Assembly (NCBI RefSeq): GCF_964204645.1
Contig: NC_134031.1
Location: 21,087,910-21,151,909 of the forward strand
Reading direction: 5' to 3'
Source of the DNA: Tubulanus polymorphus
Taxonomy: Eukaryota > Animalia > Nemertea
Length of the DNA stretch: 64,000 nt
Shown: in pieces, positions 13,501-26,543 of the stretch
Layout: each line of letters starts with the position of its first letter
Position numbering within the stretch: position 1 is the stretch's first letter
Translations under genes and position numbers: made by a program
The notes under the pieces: generated by a model
Told to the model about the DNA's origin: nothing
Databases searched by the model: none
The model's input: only the letters and a program-made list of their open reading frames with translations

Positions 13501-16500
13501 GCGAGGAACTATTGATTTTAGTATCTTTGAGATTTTGAATCTTTGTTATTTACTAAAACTCACTAAAAACTCCCTAGCTACTGTTTAGTATGGAGTGAGT
13601 GGTTGACGTATGAACGCACTCTCTAATTAGACATGGACCAAATTTGACTGATCCATGGAATCATCTCTGTGTGATCACGGCTATAGACACTATCATGATC
13701 TACAACTGTGTAATTGATCGCTAATTAAACATGCATAGCTAGGCCTACCAATATTGCATGAAATATTGAATACATTTCAATTTTTCAAGCATACAAGTCA
13801 CCAGAGTCATCAATATAGGAGGAAAATTAAGATTAAGAATTTACTTTTTCAAGGAAGAATTTCTATTAGGAATTTATTAGGAATTTGTAAGCCTAGTAGC
13901 TTTTACTAATTGATGTCCAGCCAAGCAAATAAAAGAGCTCTCAGCATTTAATCGCAAAAAGCTACACACACCAACACACATGATGTCCAAGGTTTGAAGC
14001 TTTGTAAACGCATGATCTCTCGGCTAAATTTCATATACATTTAGCCACTGAAATATTCATGTAATCTATTTGTAAAACATTTTTGCATAGATAGATGACT
14101 ATTTTCTAAAAACTAAATTAAAACTAAAAAAATTTGTGATCGCACCCCCTTGGGCATGGGCCTGCTTCCTAATTTGCTCAGCTTTTTTTTAATACCGAAA
14201 AAATATTTGAGATCATCACAAGGGGTTTGATCTTCATGAAACAAGAGGACAGCAGTGGACTGCACATGAGAACACACCTTGCAATGAGAATTTTGGCGCC
14301 TCATAAAATTTTTAAAATTTCATTTCCATTTCAAGCATTTTTGACAGCCATTTACCGAACCATTTAACATCAGTCCAAGTGTTATTTTTTCCTAATAAAT
14401 CATGGTACTGGTATTCCTATCGGAAGGCCCTTTTGTCCAAAATCTGGACCTTAACAAATCAGGTACCCATTTTGCAAGATTTGCCCTAAAAATTCAGTTA
14501 TTTTTTCTATGAATTTTCCAAGACGACCTTGACACTTGAAATATAGTCTGGACACACCCCCCCCCCAACAAATCACCCCCTGGATCCCTGCACACAGCTA
14601 ACTATAAGAGTTCCGCTTTAAATTCATCATCAATCAATAATAAATATGTCAGGTACGCTTGACAATCTGTGGGTTAGGGTTAATGAACTATCTTCCAAAA
14701 TGCTTGTGTTTGTAGTATTTTTTACTCATTCATTTTTTACTGGACCCAATAAGATCAACTCAACTCCCAAGCAAGGAGTAGATTTTCATGGGATATTGAA
14801 CTTTTCTATTTCCAGGCATCGACCTCTATAGTAGTATCTCCAGGTCAGCTTACACATTATACTTCAATTAAATTACTAGAAAGGTGATTGAACTGGTGGC
14901 AGCGTGTCCTGGTATTCGGCCCAGTACTGCACACACCAGTCACTATTCGTCTATTGTACTGTGTGTTGGAGGGAGGATCAACCGATTGCACAACAGACGA
15001 CACGATTCATCGGTTAACGCTCTGACTGACACGCTTTTCTGGCCACTTCAATAATTCCAATGACCTGCTAAACTTACTCTTAGCAGCGATAACTGCCGCG
15101 ACGAATGCAGGCCTTTGATGATCACGCTAACTTTTAAATTGCCGCTGAATTCCTTTGACGCACACGTGTGTGGCTTCGAGCATGACACATTCTACAATAC
15201 AGTGTACTTTGACAAGTTGTGAAGAGGTGGCGCCACTTACTGGTTCCGAATTACATTTTGTAGAAAAACTATACATTTAAATAAATTACAGCTTCTATAA
15301 ATGCACTAATTTAAGTCTACATAATGTGTGTAATTTCTATGTTACTCTCAGTGAGTTATATTTGTTGATTCTAAGAAGTGTTACCGGTACACCCCAATAT
15401 CCGTAATATTTTTGAGTTTGTATAAATAAAAACGTCAACAATTCATTTTTCGGATTTTTTCTTGACTGTCCTAAAAATCGTAGTATGTGTTTTATCTATC
15501 TGTTCTGTCCCACTTTTACCGCGCAGACCTAATGAAACATAAAGGCAAATAAATAAATACATGTAAAAGATATATTTCAAGAAGAAGCATCATCTCATCG
15601 TCCTCTAACCAAGGCCAAATCATCAATGATCTCAATTTTGAATTTTCCCTCCAAACCAGTCGAAATGGTCTGCAGGATTTCTTGCAGCAATAGAATAATG
15701 TTCCAAATTCCCTTCTAAAGTTTCTGTACAGAGCAAGGGTTTAACTCCTATGGTGGAGGGGTTAATTTGACCGAGAATAAACATGGTGGGTTAAGGGTAA
15801 AAAAAAACAGTTAAGAGATTAACCACCAAATGGATCACGGAGCCTGCAGCGACATTGTTGAATTTAAACCCGACGTCTGGGCCCTGTTTCATAAAACAGT
15901 TTAACTCTTGAAATTGATTCAATTTCTTCATTAATTCAGTTTATCTTAAATCGATTTAGGTCTTAATCCTTTTAGTGAAACTGGGGTTGAAACTGTGAAA
16001 GAGTAGCGTGACCACTGTCTATAGAAGCATGATTTGCAACTGTGCGGTGAAGTCCTGAAAATGGTTTCATTCATATTTTATTCAACAGAAATCCTGTGTA
16101 GATAAAAAATAGCCTCCATCAAATCAACGAAAATTGAGTTCAATTAACATCGTCGTAAAATACATGTATCAATATTTTTATTTTCATCCCTTCTCCGTGA
16201 TATTTACAAATTCATTATACTATATACTTCATATAAAATTCTTCTTCCAGAATATTAAATCAAGGACACACAACAATAGAAAACGTTTAAATGTACTGTA
16301 TCATGAACGAAACAATCACAACCTAACAGATTTCCTCTTAGGAACCGTGCATGCGTATCCATGCATTTGTTCATTAATATACAAGAAAATTATTTTTAAT
16401 CCGGATTTCCCATAAATCAAATGAGTTTTGTTGGTCCCAAAATGATCCAACGGATCCTACTGTAGCCTATGTGGTTATCAAATTGGTTGGCGCTTTAAAT

Positions 16501-19006
16501 GAATATGGCATACCAAACCAGTTAGGCCCATACTCGGCCCCCATAGATGCAGATGAACTTCATTAGTCGGGCTTCGTACCAAACTGCGCAGGAACTATTA
16601 TACACCAAATACACTACATCAAACTACCTGGTATAAACAGTAAAGTTTAAGTCAAATCTTACAGGGATTTCTGTCTGTCATAAGTGAAAATCTGACTTAA
16701 AGAACAAATCTAGCATTGCGAATGTAGAAAATGTTCCAAAAAATTCAATATCCATGACTTCAGAAATCCAGCTGAAAAAAACCTGACTCAATCGGGCTTG
16801 ATGTACAAAATCTGGCCGATAGAAATTATTCATTATTCTATCAACGAAGTTCAACTGCATTAATCAGCAATTTAATTTATAAATGATTCAATATATTGAA
16901 ATCTGTGGATTACATAACGACAAAATTACACCGATTGAAAAATCATATTTTCCCTTGAGTAATACTTTTTACAAAGAAAAGAAAGGACATCTAGAAATAA
17001 ATAACAAAAACTTATTGGGGCATCTTTCCAGAAGCCTTCAATGCATCAGGTCTAGTGGAATAAAGGGACAAGTGAGATTTCAGTGATTTTGAGAAAATGG
17101 CCAAAACCATTATTATATAATAGGCCTACCCAGTATTATCGAGGACAGAATCCTTGGGTGGAAGAAAAAAATATAACAGCTGCTTGAATCGATATTGTGG
17201 GTTTTTCTTCTAATGATGTTCATCAAATTGTCTCAACTATTTCTCTAAAGATTTCGAGTAGAGTCCGCTTTAATCCAGATCATTTGGGACCGATGAAATT
17301 GATCCGGTTTATGAAATACATCAACATTGTATTCACGTATATTTATGGTGTGGCCCAAAAAAAGGTAAGACCCAACTAGATCAAAATGTAGATTAAGCGG
17401 GAGGTTGAAGTTTATTGATTGCTTGTATCATTGAACACATGTAAGATTAGGATTAGCTGAATCAGAAGCTGCATTAACACTAGGAGTTCAGTAGAGAAAC
17501 AGCCACCGGTATATACCGCTGTTTGTGTATTTTCATTTCTCTGATGATGAGGTTTAGTTAAAACCATTATATGACATCATGATGTGCAGAGACGTTGGCG
17601 AAGAGATAGGTAGCTAAATAAGTTATGTTTTTTGCCATTTTCTCAAAATATGACTTGCCCCCCAACGGTAAAAGGCCCTTCAATTATAAACAAGATGCTT
17701 GTAGTAACAAGAAAATTTATGCTATGTATCATAATTAAATACCTTACAGGATTCTTTAACAAAAAATCAAGCCTGTCGCTTGATCGCGCAAGCTTGAACA
17801 GGTCTCATGGAATGGTCCTCAAATTCATGCCTCTTTTGACGTCAGTTCGCGAGGAAAATATGAAGTAAAGGGAATGTTGTATTTGGACTCAGTAAGTGAT
17901 GAGCTCTCACACTGCTTGTTTTTAATAATGATACACATCAACTTCTTCCTCATCTTCTAAACCCCTGATAGGTGATAAAACAAGAAATATATAGAAACAT
18001 AGAATATCAAGCACAGTAATTTAAATCACAATACAAAAAGAACCAAAAGAACTTATTGTCATAAGAACATTTGAACCAGAGTTAAATGAATTTTTATCAC
18101 AAACTCCATTCATATCGAGGTATCATTCACCCTCTTCAGCCATTGTACATTCAACACCTGATAATCTACCATTCAATCGTCAGCCAAAGTTTTTGATCCC
18201 CTATTACAAACATTTGGTTGATTAAAAATTAAAATAACATCAACTTATTTATCCAGAGTTGACTGGTACCCGGTATGAAATTTTGAAGTGTGACGATAAA
18301 ATGATTGATGTCTCGGGTTTTTAGTACATTCATTTATTTTCACTTTTAAAAAACATCTAATCAAGCCCTGAAAATGTTAAGAGGGGTGGATCAAGGCTGT
18401 GAACTGATACGTGCATTAAGGACCAGGCCCCGCCCGCCAGTTAATCCAGAGATTACATGCCACCAGGTTAGTGGTTTAGTTATCCCAGACACACCAGGTG
18501 CACCAGCTGCCTGTACATGGTAAACTCGGGGTATATTATTATCAAGACAAGGCTTTAATAATAAGCATAATTTTATCAGTCAGTGAAAAATCATCCAATA
18601 CCCACCTGTATAAAGGGTATAAACACAGACCGTAGCGTGAACGAAGCATCACAAACACAAATATTATTAAATTCTAATCTTGAGACTGAAATCTGTTTGA
18701 TTGTAATCGACAACAATGGATCATCATCCTGGAGTTTGTGTTGTAATGCGCTTCCATTGTATTCTAATTACTACAGATTAACCCTTTCAGTGCTCACTAA
18801 TACCCAAACGTACTGGAGATAATTTGAAAAGAAATTCCACAAATTTTACTAGGGTCTAGTCCGGGCCAAATCTTCTCCGTGTGATCGCAAGTCATAGCTT
18901 CAGTTCATAAATCAGACCTATTCCGTGTCATGAATCAACAATGACAAAGATAAGCACAGAAATTCATCAAATAAATATTTTATCACAATTTAAGAAGTGC
19001 AGTGAC

Positions 19007-19369
19007 TTAAGCCAAGCTCATGTCGACTAAGATTTGATCAGATTGTCGGATCATAAGCACTCTCATGTCCGAGATGTCGGGAACATCGACTACCACAACT
19101 ACCACAACTACTATCATCTCGGACCGATCATAAGCTGTATCGTAACGATACAATAAGTTCTATCTTGCACAACCGATCTTAACATCATAGCCAATCAGCG
19201 ACGAGTGTTGCGTCACATGACTTTTAGACTCGACTGTGGTCGAGTCGTATTTGACCCGAATGCTCGTAATATCATGATACAAATGAATCCCCAATCAGGG
19301 ATCACGTGTGAATACAGCTGCTCTTACGACGAGCTGACCGCGTCATAATTCGACTTAAGCTTGGCTTAA
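19007..19369. mobile_element. Non-autonomous DNA transposon (MITE) with about 20-bp TIRs
   Basis: Left TTAAGCCAAGCTCATGTCGA versus right TCGACTTAAGCTTGGCTTAA (18/20 reverse-complement match). No coding capacity. Confidence 0.7.
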
Positions 19370-19475
19370 TATGTGCAATCAGCAATTAGAACGCTCTGCC
19401 TGGTGTAGATACAGATCTTTACGTCAAATTCCTATTCTATGTATAAAAGCTGGTTTAATTCAGATTTAAGCACTA

Positions 19476-19624
19476 CAGTGAAGCCCGCTTAATTCAGATC
19501 ACTTCAGACTGATCTGGTTTATGAGAAACCCACATTAAACATAATATTTTACATCCATTCAATGTATAGGTTGACTGTAAATGATATCCGGATTTCAAAC
19601 TGATTGAATTAAGCGGTTTGACTG
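19476..19624. mobile_element. TA-flanked MITE with CAGT...ACTG termini (Tc1/mariner-type ends)
   Basis: TA|CAGTGAAGCCCGCTTAATTCA ... TGAATTAAGCGGTTTGACTG|TA. Related copies at about 17258-17410 and 54986-55128. Confidence 0.7.
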
Positions 19625-20445
19625 TAAATCATGTAGCACATATCATTTTGTTAGCACAGAAGACAGAAACTACTCTAATAAGGAAAACCATAAACTCATG
19701 AAAAGTTAAAGTCAATCAAAATGAGGACTGTTCTCATGTGAAGTCAATTCCAGCTTGTTTGTACGCGTACATTCATTTATTATATGTCCTTTCAGACCTG
19801 TTACAATCCTTTCAAAAGAACTAATTCACTGTATCAAAGATTTGTTTAATCACTGTATTCATACGACATTTTTGAGTCAATTGAAATGTAGCGTAAACGT
19901 ATTTTGAGGCACCTTGAACCGATATAATCATCGATTACCAGTTTTACAAGGTACAAATGAGTTTCATCATGAGCACGCATCAACAATGATTATTTAATTG
20001 CGGCTGGCAGAATAGGATCATGTTCACTTTTCGGTATTTTCAATTAGCTTCATGCTGGTTAAAATTGGTGATCGGTGTAATTTGAAGATATTTCAGGGTC
20101 TTTGTGTGACAAACATACCGGATTTACTTATTTCACTTAATTTGCATTATATTTAAAACAGTCCCCGAATATTTGAATCAAGTGGACTTGACTGTATTAT
20201 CATAAATTCATAGAAACTAGTCTTTATTATAAAATCTTTGTATTTCACATCCTCCCTTACAGACAGGCAGTGCTACAGAATACTGTGTGCACATCAGAAA
20301 GTAATATCATTATTAGATTATCAGAAATGGGGTTCATTATGAGTGTCAATGCTATCTGGATCTAATCCTTGCTTGCAAGGGAGGATGTACCAATCTGCTG
20401 CGTAGAACAACCTTTCACACATTCGCTACTTTATCATCATTGTCC

Positions 20446-20918
20446 CAGGCTGAGTTCAGGTGAACTCTTCCAGGCTGTGTTCAGGTGAACTCTTCCAGGC
20501 TGTGTTCAGGTGAACTCTTCCAGGCTGAGTTCAGGTGAACTCTTCCAGGCTGTGTTCAGGTGAACTCTTCCAGGCTGTGTTCAGGTGAACTCTTCCAGGC
20601 TGTGTTCAGGTGAACTCTTCCAGGCTGAGTTCAGGTGAACTCTTCCAGGCTGTGTTCAGGTGAACTCTTCCAGGCTGTGTTCAGGTGAACTCTTCCAGGC
20701 TGTGTTCAGGTGAACTCTTCCAGGCTGAGTTCAGGTGAACTCTTCCAGGCTGAGTTCAGGTGAACTCTTCCAGGCTGTGTTCAGGTGAACTCTTCCAGGC
20801 TGTGTTCAGGTGAACTCTTCCAGGCTGTGTTCAGGTGAACTCTTCCAGGCTGAGTTCAGGTGAACTCTTCCAGGCTGTGTTCAGGTGAACTCTTCCAGGC
20901 TGTGTTCAGGTGAACTCA
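20446..20918. repeat. 25-bp tandem repeat (CAGGCTGWGTTCAGGTGAACTCTTC)n, about 19 copies
   Basis: Near-perfect units differing only at one T/A site; no spacers. Confidence 0.95.
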
Positions 20919-21223
20919 CTACCGGCAATCAATAGACGCTAGCTTTTATAATTGGACGCCAAATAGACGTATATAAATATCTGATTGTGAAACTAAATGA
21001 CAATCCGGTTACTGACTAGATCTCACCTGGAGACAGTTAATTGAAAATGAACAAACAAATTGACTAGAAATGTATGACATTTGCCAATTTATTCGTGCAC
21101 TTTCAGTGAGTTATGATGAATGTGTAAAGGATAGTTCTAGGCGGCACCTGGATTAGGATTGACGAGTCTAAGAGGATTATTGATGATTCTGATGATGATA
21201 TAAACAATGCGTATGTTCAGGGC

Positions 21224-24200
21224 TCACATCGGTAATAAATGATCATCTCGGTCGTCATCGTCGTCATCGTGTTGAAGCTGATCGTCACCGATTCCTTTAT
21301 ACGTTCGTGTTTCAGTGACTCGTCCAGACCGGCAAATCAGTTCACAACCATCCTGTTTGAAGAATTAATTCAATTATTACCGGCCCATTTCATAAATATC
21401 ATCTTTGTTTTCATTGCTATTGATGCAACCCCGTGAGATATGAGTTAACTAGAATATGTAACTTTACTTGAGAGCACATCAGGTGGCCTACTTCGGTCAG
21501 TTTTGGTGGTACATACGTGATACATTAGGACCAGGAAGGACCGGCAGTTGACCTAAAACATTGACTTTTAATCCATCGTAAACTGTATTATTGAAGGATA
21601 TCCAAAAAGTCTTCATTGAAAAGAGATAAGTGACTCCACGTTTCCATGCCTACACACCGAACTTCAGTAGGTAGGCATGGAAACATATTGTTTAACTTTC
21701 AAATCATGAGGTCTCTTTTCTCTCATGAAACCCTTTCAGTGCAATCCTTCAATGCAGTGAAGAATGGATTAAAAATCAATGTTTTAGGTCCACTGCCAGT
21801 CCTAATAAAATATGTACCACCAAAACTGACTGAGCTAGGCCAACTCGATGTGCTCTCAAGTCAAGTTGAAATAGACATTAGTATGTATCACACACCGGTA
21901 CTCACCGCTTGTAAATTGCCGAAATCTTTCCAAAAACTGTAATTTGGAATTTGTTCATAACCCTTGGCTCCAACTACGAAACGTTGGTAGAGAAATCCAA
22001 CCAAAAAATATGCTAACGAAATTACAGTAAATCTGAAAAATAAAATTTCAAATTCTAAGAAAATACATTTTTATTTAACACAATGCTTTGACTGTTAAGC
22101 TCTAAGGAGCAATAGACACTAAATAGTGAAATTCCCGAGTGCTAATGGGTTAAATCTTGACATAATGCTGACAAATATTCATATAGGTCAGACCATCCAC
22201 AAAGCATACCCCTAACTAAGTATATAAAGTGAGTGAGCAGTGAAGATGTGGACCTGAAAAAGTATGACATGAGATCCAATAAAAAATATTTGAAAACATT
22301 AGCAGGTAATCCTTTTGCTGGGAAGCCGATGCACACACATAGGGTTCAGTGATCAATAATACAGTACTCAATCCCTAGCGATGACATATGCCAAACATCT
22401 GGCAGTTATTTATTTGATTATCTTAAATCTATACTGAACATGTTCAAGAACAAACATTACAAAAATTTCATGATTGAAATGATTTCTAGCAGCTGCCAAA
22501 CCTCAATCCTCGCAAAAGTTTACAAAGCACAGTAGTAAATGTTGCAATTTTTACCGGACTCAAAAAGTTGGCTTATATCAAATGTTTTGGGTCTTCAGAA
22601 AACAATCACATAGAATTTCAAATGCAATTAAAAGATGATGAAATAACATCTAATATTCAATAGGGATACAGTAGTAATGATTAACAGGATAAAACAACAA
22701 GTCTGCATCACTTCATGACAAAATTTTATCAGGCAGGGTTTCAAATTTGGTGATTTTTTCAATGAGAGCCTATGATCTCGCGTACACATCATCAAGGTTA
22801 GGGCTAGAATTCAAAGGGTCAGTGGCGACTGTTCTTCTAGTTTCCTAGCCACTTCAGATAAGGCACTCATAATGAATACTAGAGTAAGATATGATAATAG
22901 GAATGCAGTAGAATGCAGTTCACAGACAGGTGGTGGTGGATTAATCAATAACTTTTTACCATGTGCACAATATGTATATTACATCCATAGATTTGAAAGC
23001 CAAGAAAACCACCACCCATTATAAAACATCTGCTCACCCAATCTTAACAATTACAATTATATTTTCCAGTATTAGAGAAAATTTATTAAAACCACATTCT
23101 TGACTTTGTACTCCAATTTGTCAGCAAATATTTGAATCGCAAGATGAGTATCTACCCTTTACAGGGACTTGAACTTAATGGCACGAACCCAGCCAGAATA
23201 GCCACAGTTTGGTCTATTCCACTTATAAACAGACCAAACTCAAAATATGGACCAATTTAGAGGAGTTACTACATTCATCAATCTAAAGAAGCTATATAGA
23301 AATCAATGTGCTTTATGGGGTGGAGCTGGTTTAATACGACAATCAAACACTGCCGGCTCAGCACTAATCGCTAGGGGTTGAATTCCGATGCATTTTGAGA
23401 GTTTGGAACACATTTTAGTCACACAGCAGCCCGACTGCTACTGCTGACATTTTCTTTCTTGGCAATTGCATACACATTAAATGCCAAAGTTTATATGAGC
23501 AACTTCGTCTTTCTGGCAGAGAAAGAAGAGGATTAGGAACAGACTGTTGCTTCTGACAATACTTACAATATAACTACTATTGATCCTATACTGAGACCAT
23601 TAGAAGGTGATGAGGTGCATACCGCTCGGTGACTCAACTCAAATAAATAATAACATTGCTGCGATTTATTCGTATTTTCTTCGATTATTCGCAACAATCC
23701 CTGCAAAGATATACGTAAAAAATATACATTCATAAAAACCATTCATCGCACGTGAACCAAAAATAATGATATCGTTCTACAGTTATGATTGGGTCAGGTA
23801 CAGATTCCTGGATACAAGTCTTGATTCAATAATCAGCGACTCGAGCTCACAATGTGGGCGATTGGTTAGAGCTCTGAGAAGCCAGGTCATGGGTTTGTAC
23901 ATTACCGTAGTGTCCCCTAGAAAGTCACTTATATCCTCATTGCCTCTCTTCACCCAGGAGTAAATGGGTACCTGGCCTGATAGATGACTCCTGAACGCCT
24001 CTAGTAGCTGCTCGGATATTACCTCTCCTCGGGGAGAGATGACTAATAAACGGTTTAGTTCTAGGCTGGGGGGTAATAATAACAATTTAATGGAAAGTGC
24101 CATCGAACATTGTATCAGTAAAAACAGTGTTATAGAAATTGACTTACTATTACATAAGATTGAATGACAGACGGTCGGATCGGAGTTTAGTGCAACCTGA

Positions 24201-26543
24201 GTTTGCTTTAAAAACACTTCTGTAACTTACGTGTTCTTCGGTTGAATCACATATCAGCATAATATTCGCTCGACGACTTTCTGCGTTACAGTGTGTCTTA
24301 TATTTCATTCCCTGGTCATACTCCAAAAATATCCACGACTCTATCAAATGAAGCAAATAGTTATCAGCATTAATCATCGAAATTAGTTCAGATACAAATT
24401 CTTCATTTATAATATACGTTAACCCCCTCTCCTCTGTACCATTCAAACTCACAACCTCAACATAGACATAATAATGAGAACTTGTCATTTGATGGTCCCT
24501 ATATATCCGAGTACCTGATATCTACTAGTAGACCAAAGTTTTTGATGTTTCGTTTTCATAACATTAGTGTAAATATATTATAAATTACTATTAATCAAAT
24601 TGGTTCTTTACAATTGTATCTTTTAACCCACACAATGGTTGGCAAAAACAAATACTTCAGATCATTAGGAACAGTGTATCTTTTAGGATCCAATACGGCC
24701 GCTTACTAGTAATACTGCATGCGATTAACCCCAAAATCAATATACCATACATCGTATAGGCCCTATATCAAAATGAATATTCCTGTATCGTTTAGAATGG
24801 GAACAAGTATTCCGAATGGACAGAAACAGGTAACGACAATATCCGTTGTGCCCTACAGCCACAGATTTAACACGAATAACCATGATCCCCATTCAATTAG
24901 TGTCGAATGGGATTCCGATGATCTCAAGAGGGTTTGTTACTGAACGCATATACTATATATTACCTACCACCCATCATAATCTGTGCATTGTCATATCGGC
25001 CGACAATTACTTTACTTCCACCTTTTGTTGATGTTTGCACAACACCGGCTTTGTCTGAAGGAGCTTCATCTTTAACAGCATCCGTACATATACCAACTGA
25101 GTATGAAAACTTGTTATCTGCATCAGTTGCTGAAAATCTGCAATCAAAATATAAGAGCAACTACAACAAATGAAATTTCACTCAGAAATTTCAAAAAAAA
25201 ATTTCAGGATCATTCTAAACGTTTAGGGGTCTGGACATTTGGGGATGATAACAGGGAATATAACCCAATTATAACCGTTGTTTAAACTAATCTATCTAAA
25301 AAGGCAACTAAGACAATTGTATAAAATGCCAATCCAGAAGAGTTCACAACAGTAATCAAAGCAAGTACTATAATTACATTATCAAACGACTCAACGCATT
25401 AATTCTGTCTCATTAGCACTTCATGATATGGATAGAAAGAACCTTTGAATAAAGATGGGATACAAAATCTTGTGAGAGACACGATATTTAGAATTTGAGG
25501 GGTAAAAGGTGACCAGTGACATCACTGTCACTCATGACTATCAGCTAACCCTAACTCTAGGTCAGGTGAACAGTGATGTCACAGCCACTCATCATTGCCA
25601 TCTAACCCTAACCCTAGGTCAGCTGACCAGTGACATCACAGGCACTCATGACTGCTAGCTAACCCTAACCCTAGGTCAGCTGACCAGTGACATCACAGCC
25701 ACTCATGATTGTCAGCTAACCCTAACCCTAGGTCAGGTGACCAGTGACATCACAGCCACTCATGACTGCCAACTAACCCTAACCCTAGGTCAGGTGACCA
25801 GTGACATCACAGCCGCTCATGACTGCCAACTAACCCTAACCCTAGGTCAGGTGACCAGTGACATCACAGCCACTCAGGACTGCCAGCTAACCCTAACCCT
25901 AGGTCAGGTGACCAGGGACATCACAGCCACTCAGGACTGCCAGCTAACCCTAACCCTAGGTCAGGTGACCAGGGACATCACAGCCACTCAGGACTGCCAG
26001 CTAACCCTAACCCTAGGTCATATGACTGTGAATGGCTTGGATAGTAACAAGCCAGCCAATCAGAACTAAGCTTACATAGACTGCAGCTTGTGAAGTGACC
26101 TTGACACTAATTTATAAACAGACTTGAGAGGCTGGTATTTACTGAGGCATTGCATGGAGGCAGAATTCAATCTGCATAGGCCCCTATAATCTAATGGGAT
26201 AGAGATTAAATATCCTTTCATTGTGGGCATTGTGGGCATTACCCTTAGAATTAAATATTGTGAACGATTGCTGAGAAAGGAAGCGAATGTTACTATTTAA
26301 AGACTTCATCGATTTGAATGTAATAATCAGATTTGTCAGTGGTATCTCATGAGAGTTATGAATTGTCAATATAATTCGCCCATTGCATTGAATTGAAGAG
26401 ATTTTCAATTACCTTTTACCGATTAATGGTTTTAATCGTTGTTTTACATCGGTTTTTACTTTATGTAATGGAAAAGTACAATCACTGAGAACCTCTGGTA
26501 AGAGTAATAAACACGAAACTACAATATTCACGTAATTGACCAT
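21224..26543 (-). CDS. M6PR: Cation-dependent mannose-6-phosphate receptor (MPR46)-like, 6 coding exons, 266 aa
   Basis: Exons 26543-26413, 25137-24968, 24340-24231, 23700-23567, 22032-21906, 21352-21224; all GT-AG and in phase (801 nt). Signal peptide [23 protein letters not shown]-domain motifs [44 protein letters not shown] followed by [40 protein letters not shown]. Tail YKGIGDDQL...DRDDHLLPM matches the vertebrate CD-MPR end ERDDHLLPM. Confidence 0.95.
21448..21882. mobile_element. Foldback (long inverted repeat) element in the last M6PR intron
   Basis: Nested reverse-complement blocks: 21448-21500 with 21826-21882, 21543-21575 with 21764-21797, and TTTCCATGCCTAC with GTAGGCATGGAAA. The right terminus read on minus is ACTAATGTCTATTT, the same as the 59338 element. 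Confidence 0.8.
23845..24060 (+). mobile_element. Degenerate CORE-type SINE fragment in an M6PR intron
   Basis: A-box-like TGGGCGATTGGTTAGAGC, then GTGTCCCCTAGAAAGTCACTT...TTGCCTCTCTTCACCCAGGAGTAAATGGGTACC, resembling the CORE-SINE central domain. Boundaries approximate. Confidence 0.55.
25509..26020. repeat. 57-bp minisatellite with embedded (TAACCC)2 telomere-like motif, about 9 copies
   Basis: Unit GTGACCAGTGACATCACAGCCACTCATGACTGCCAGCTAACCCTAACCCTAGGTCAG. It lies in the first coding-region intron of M6PR and explains ORF 25737-26069. Confidence 0.95.

Noticed and set aside
20446-20918. CRISPR-like appearance of the 25-bp palindromic repeats (also the 32- and 34-bp arrays)
   Set aside because: Units are contiguous with no unique spacers, there are no cas genes, and the DNA is eukaryotic.
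25737-26069. 110-aa ORF with a 19-aa repeat
   Set aside because: Translation of the 57-bp intronic minisatellite; upstream units contain stops.
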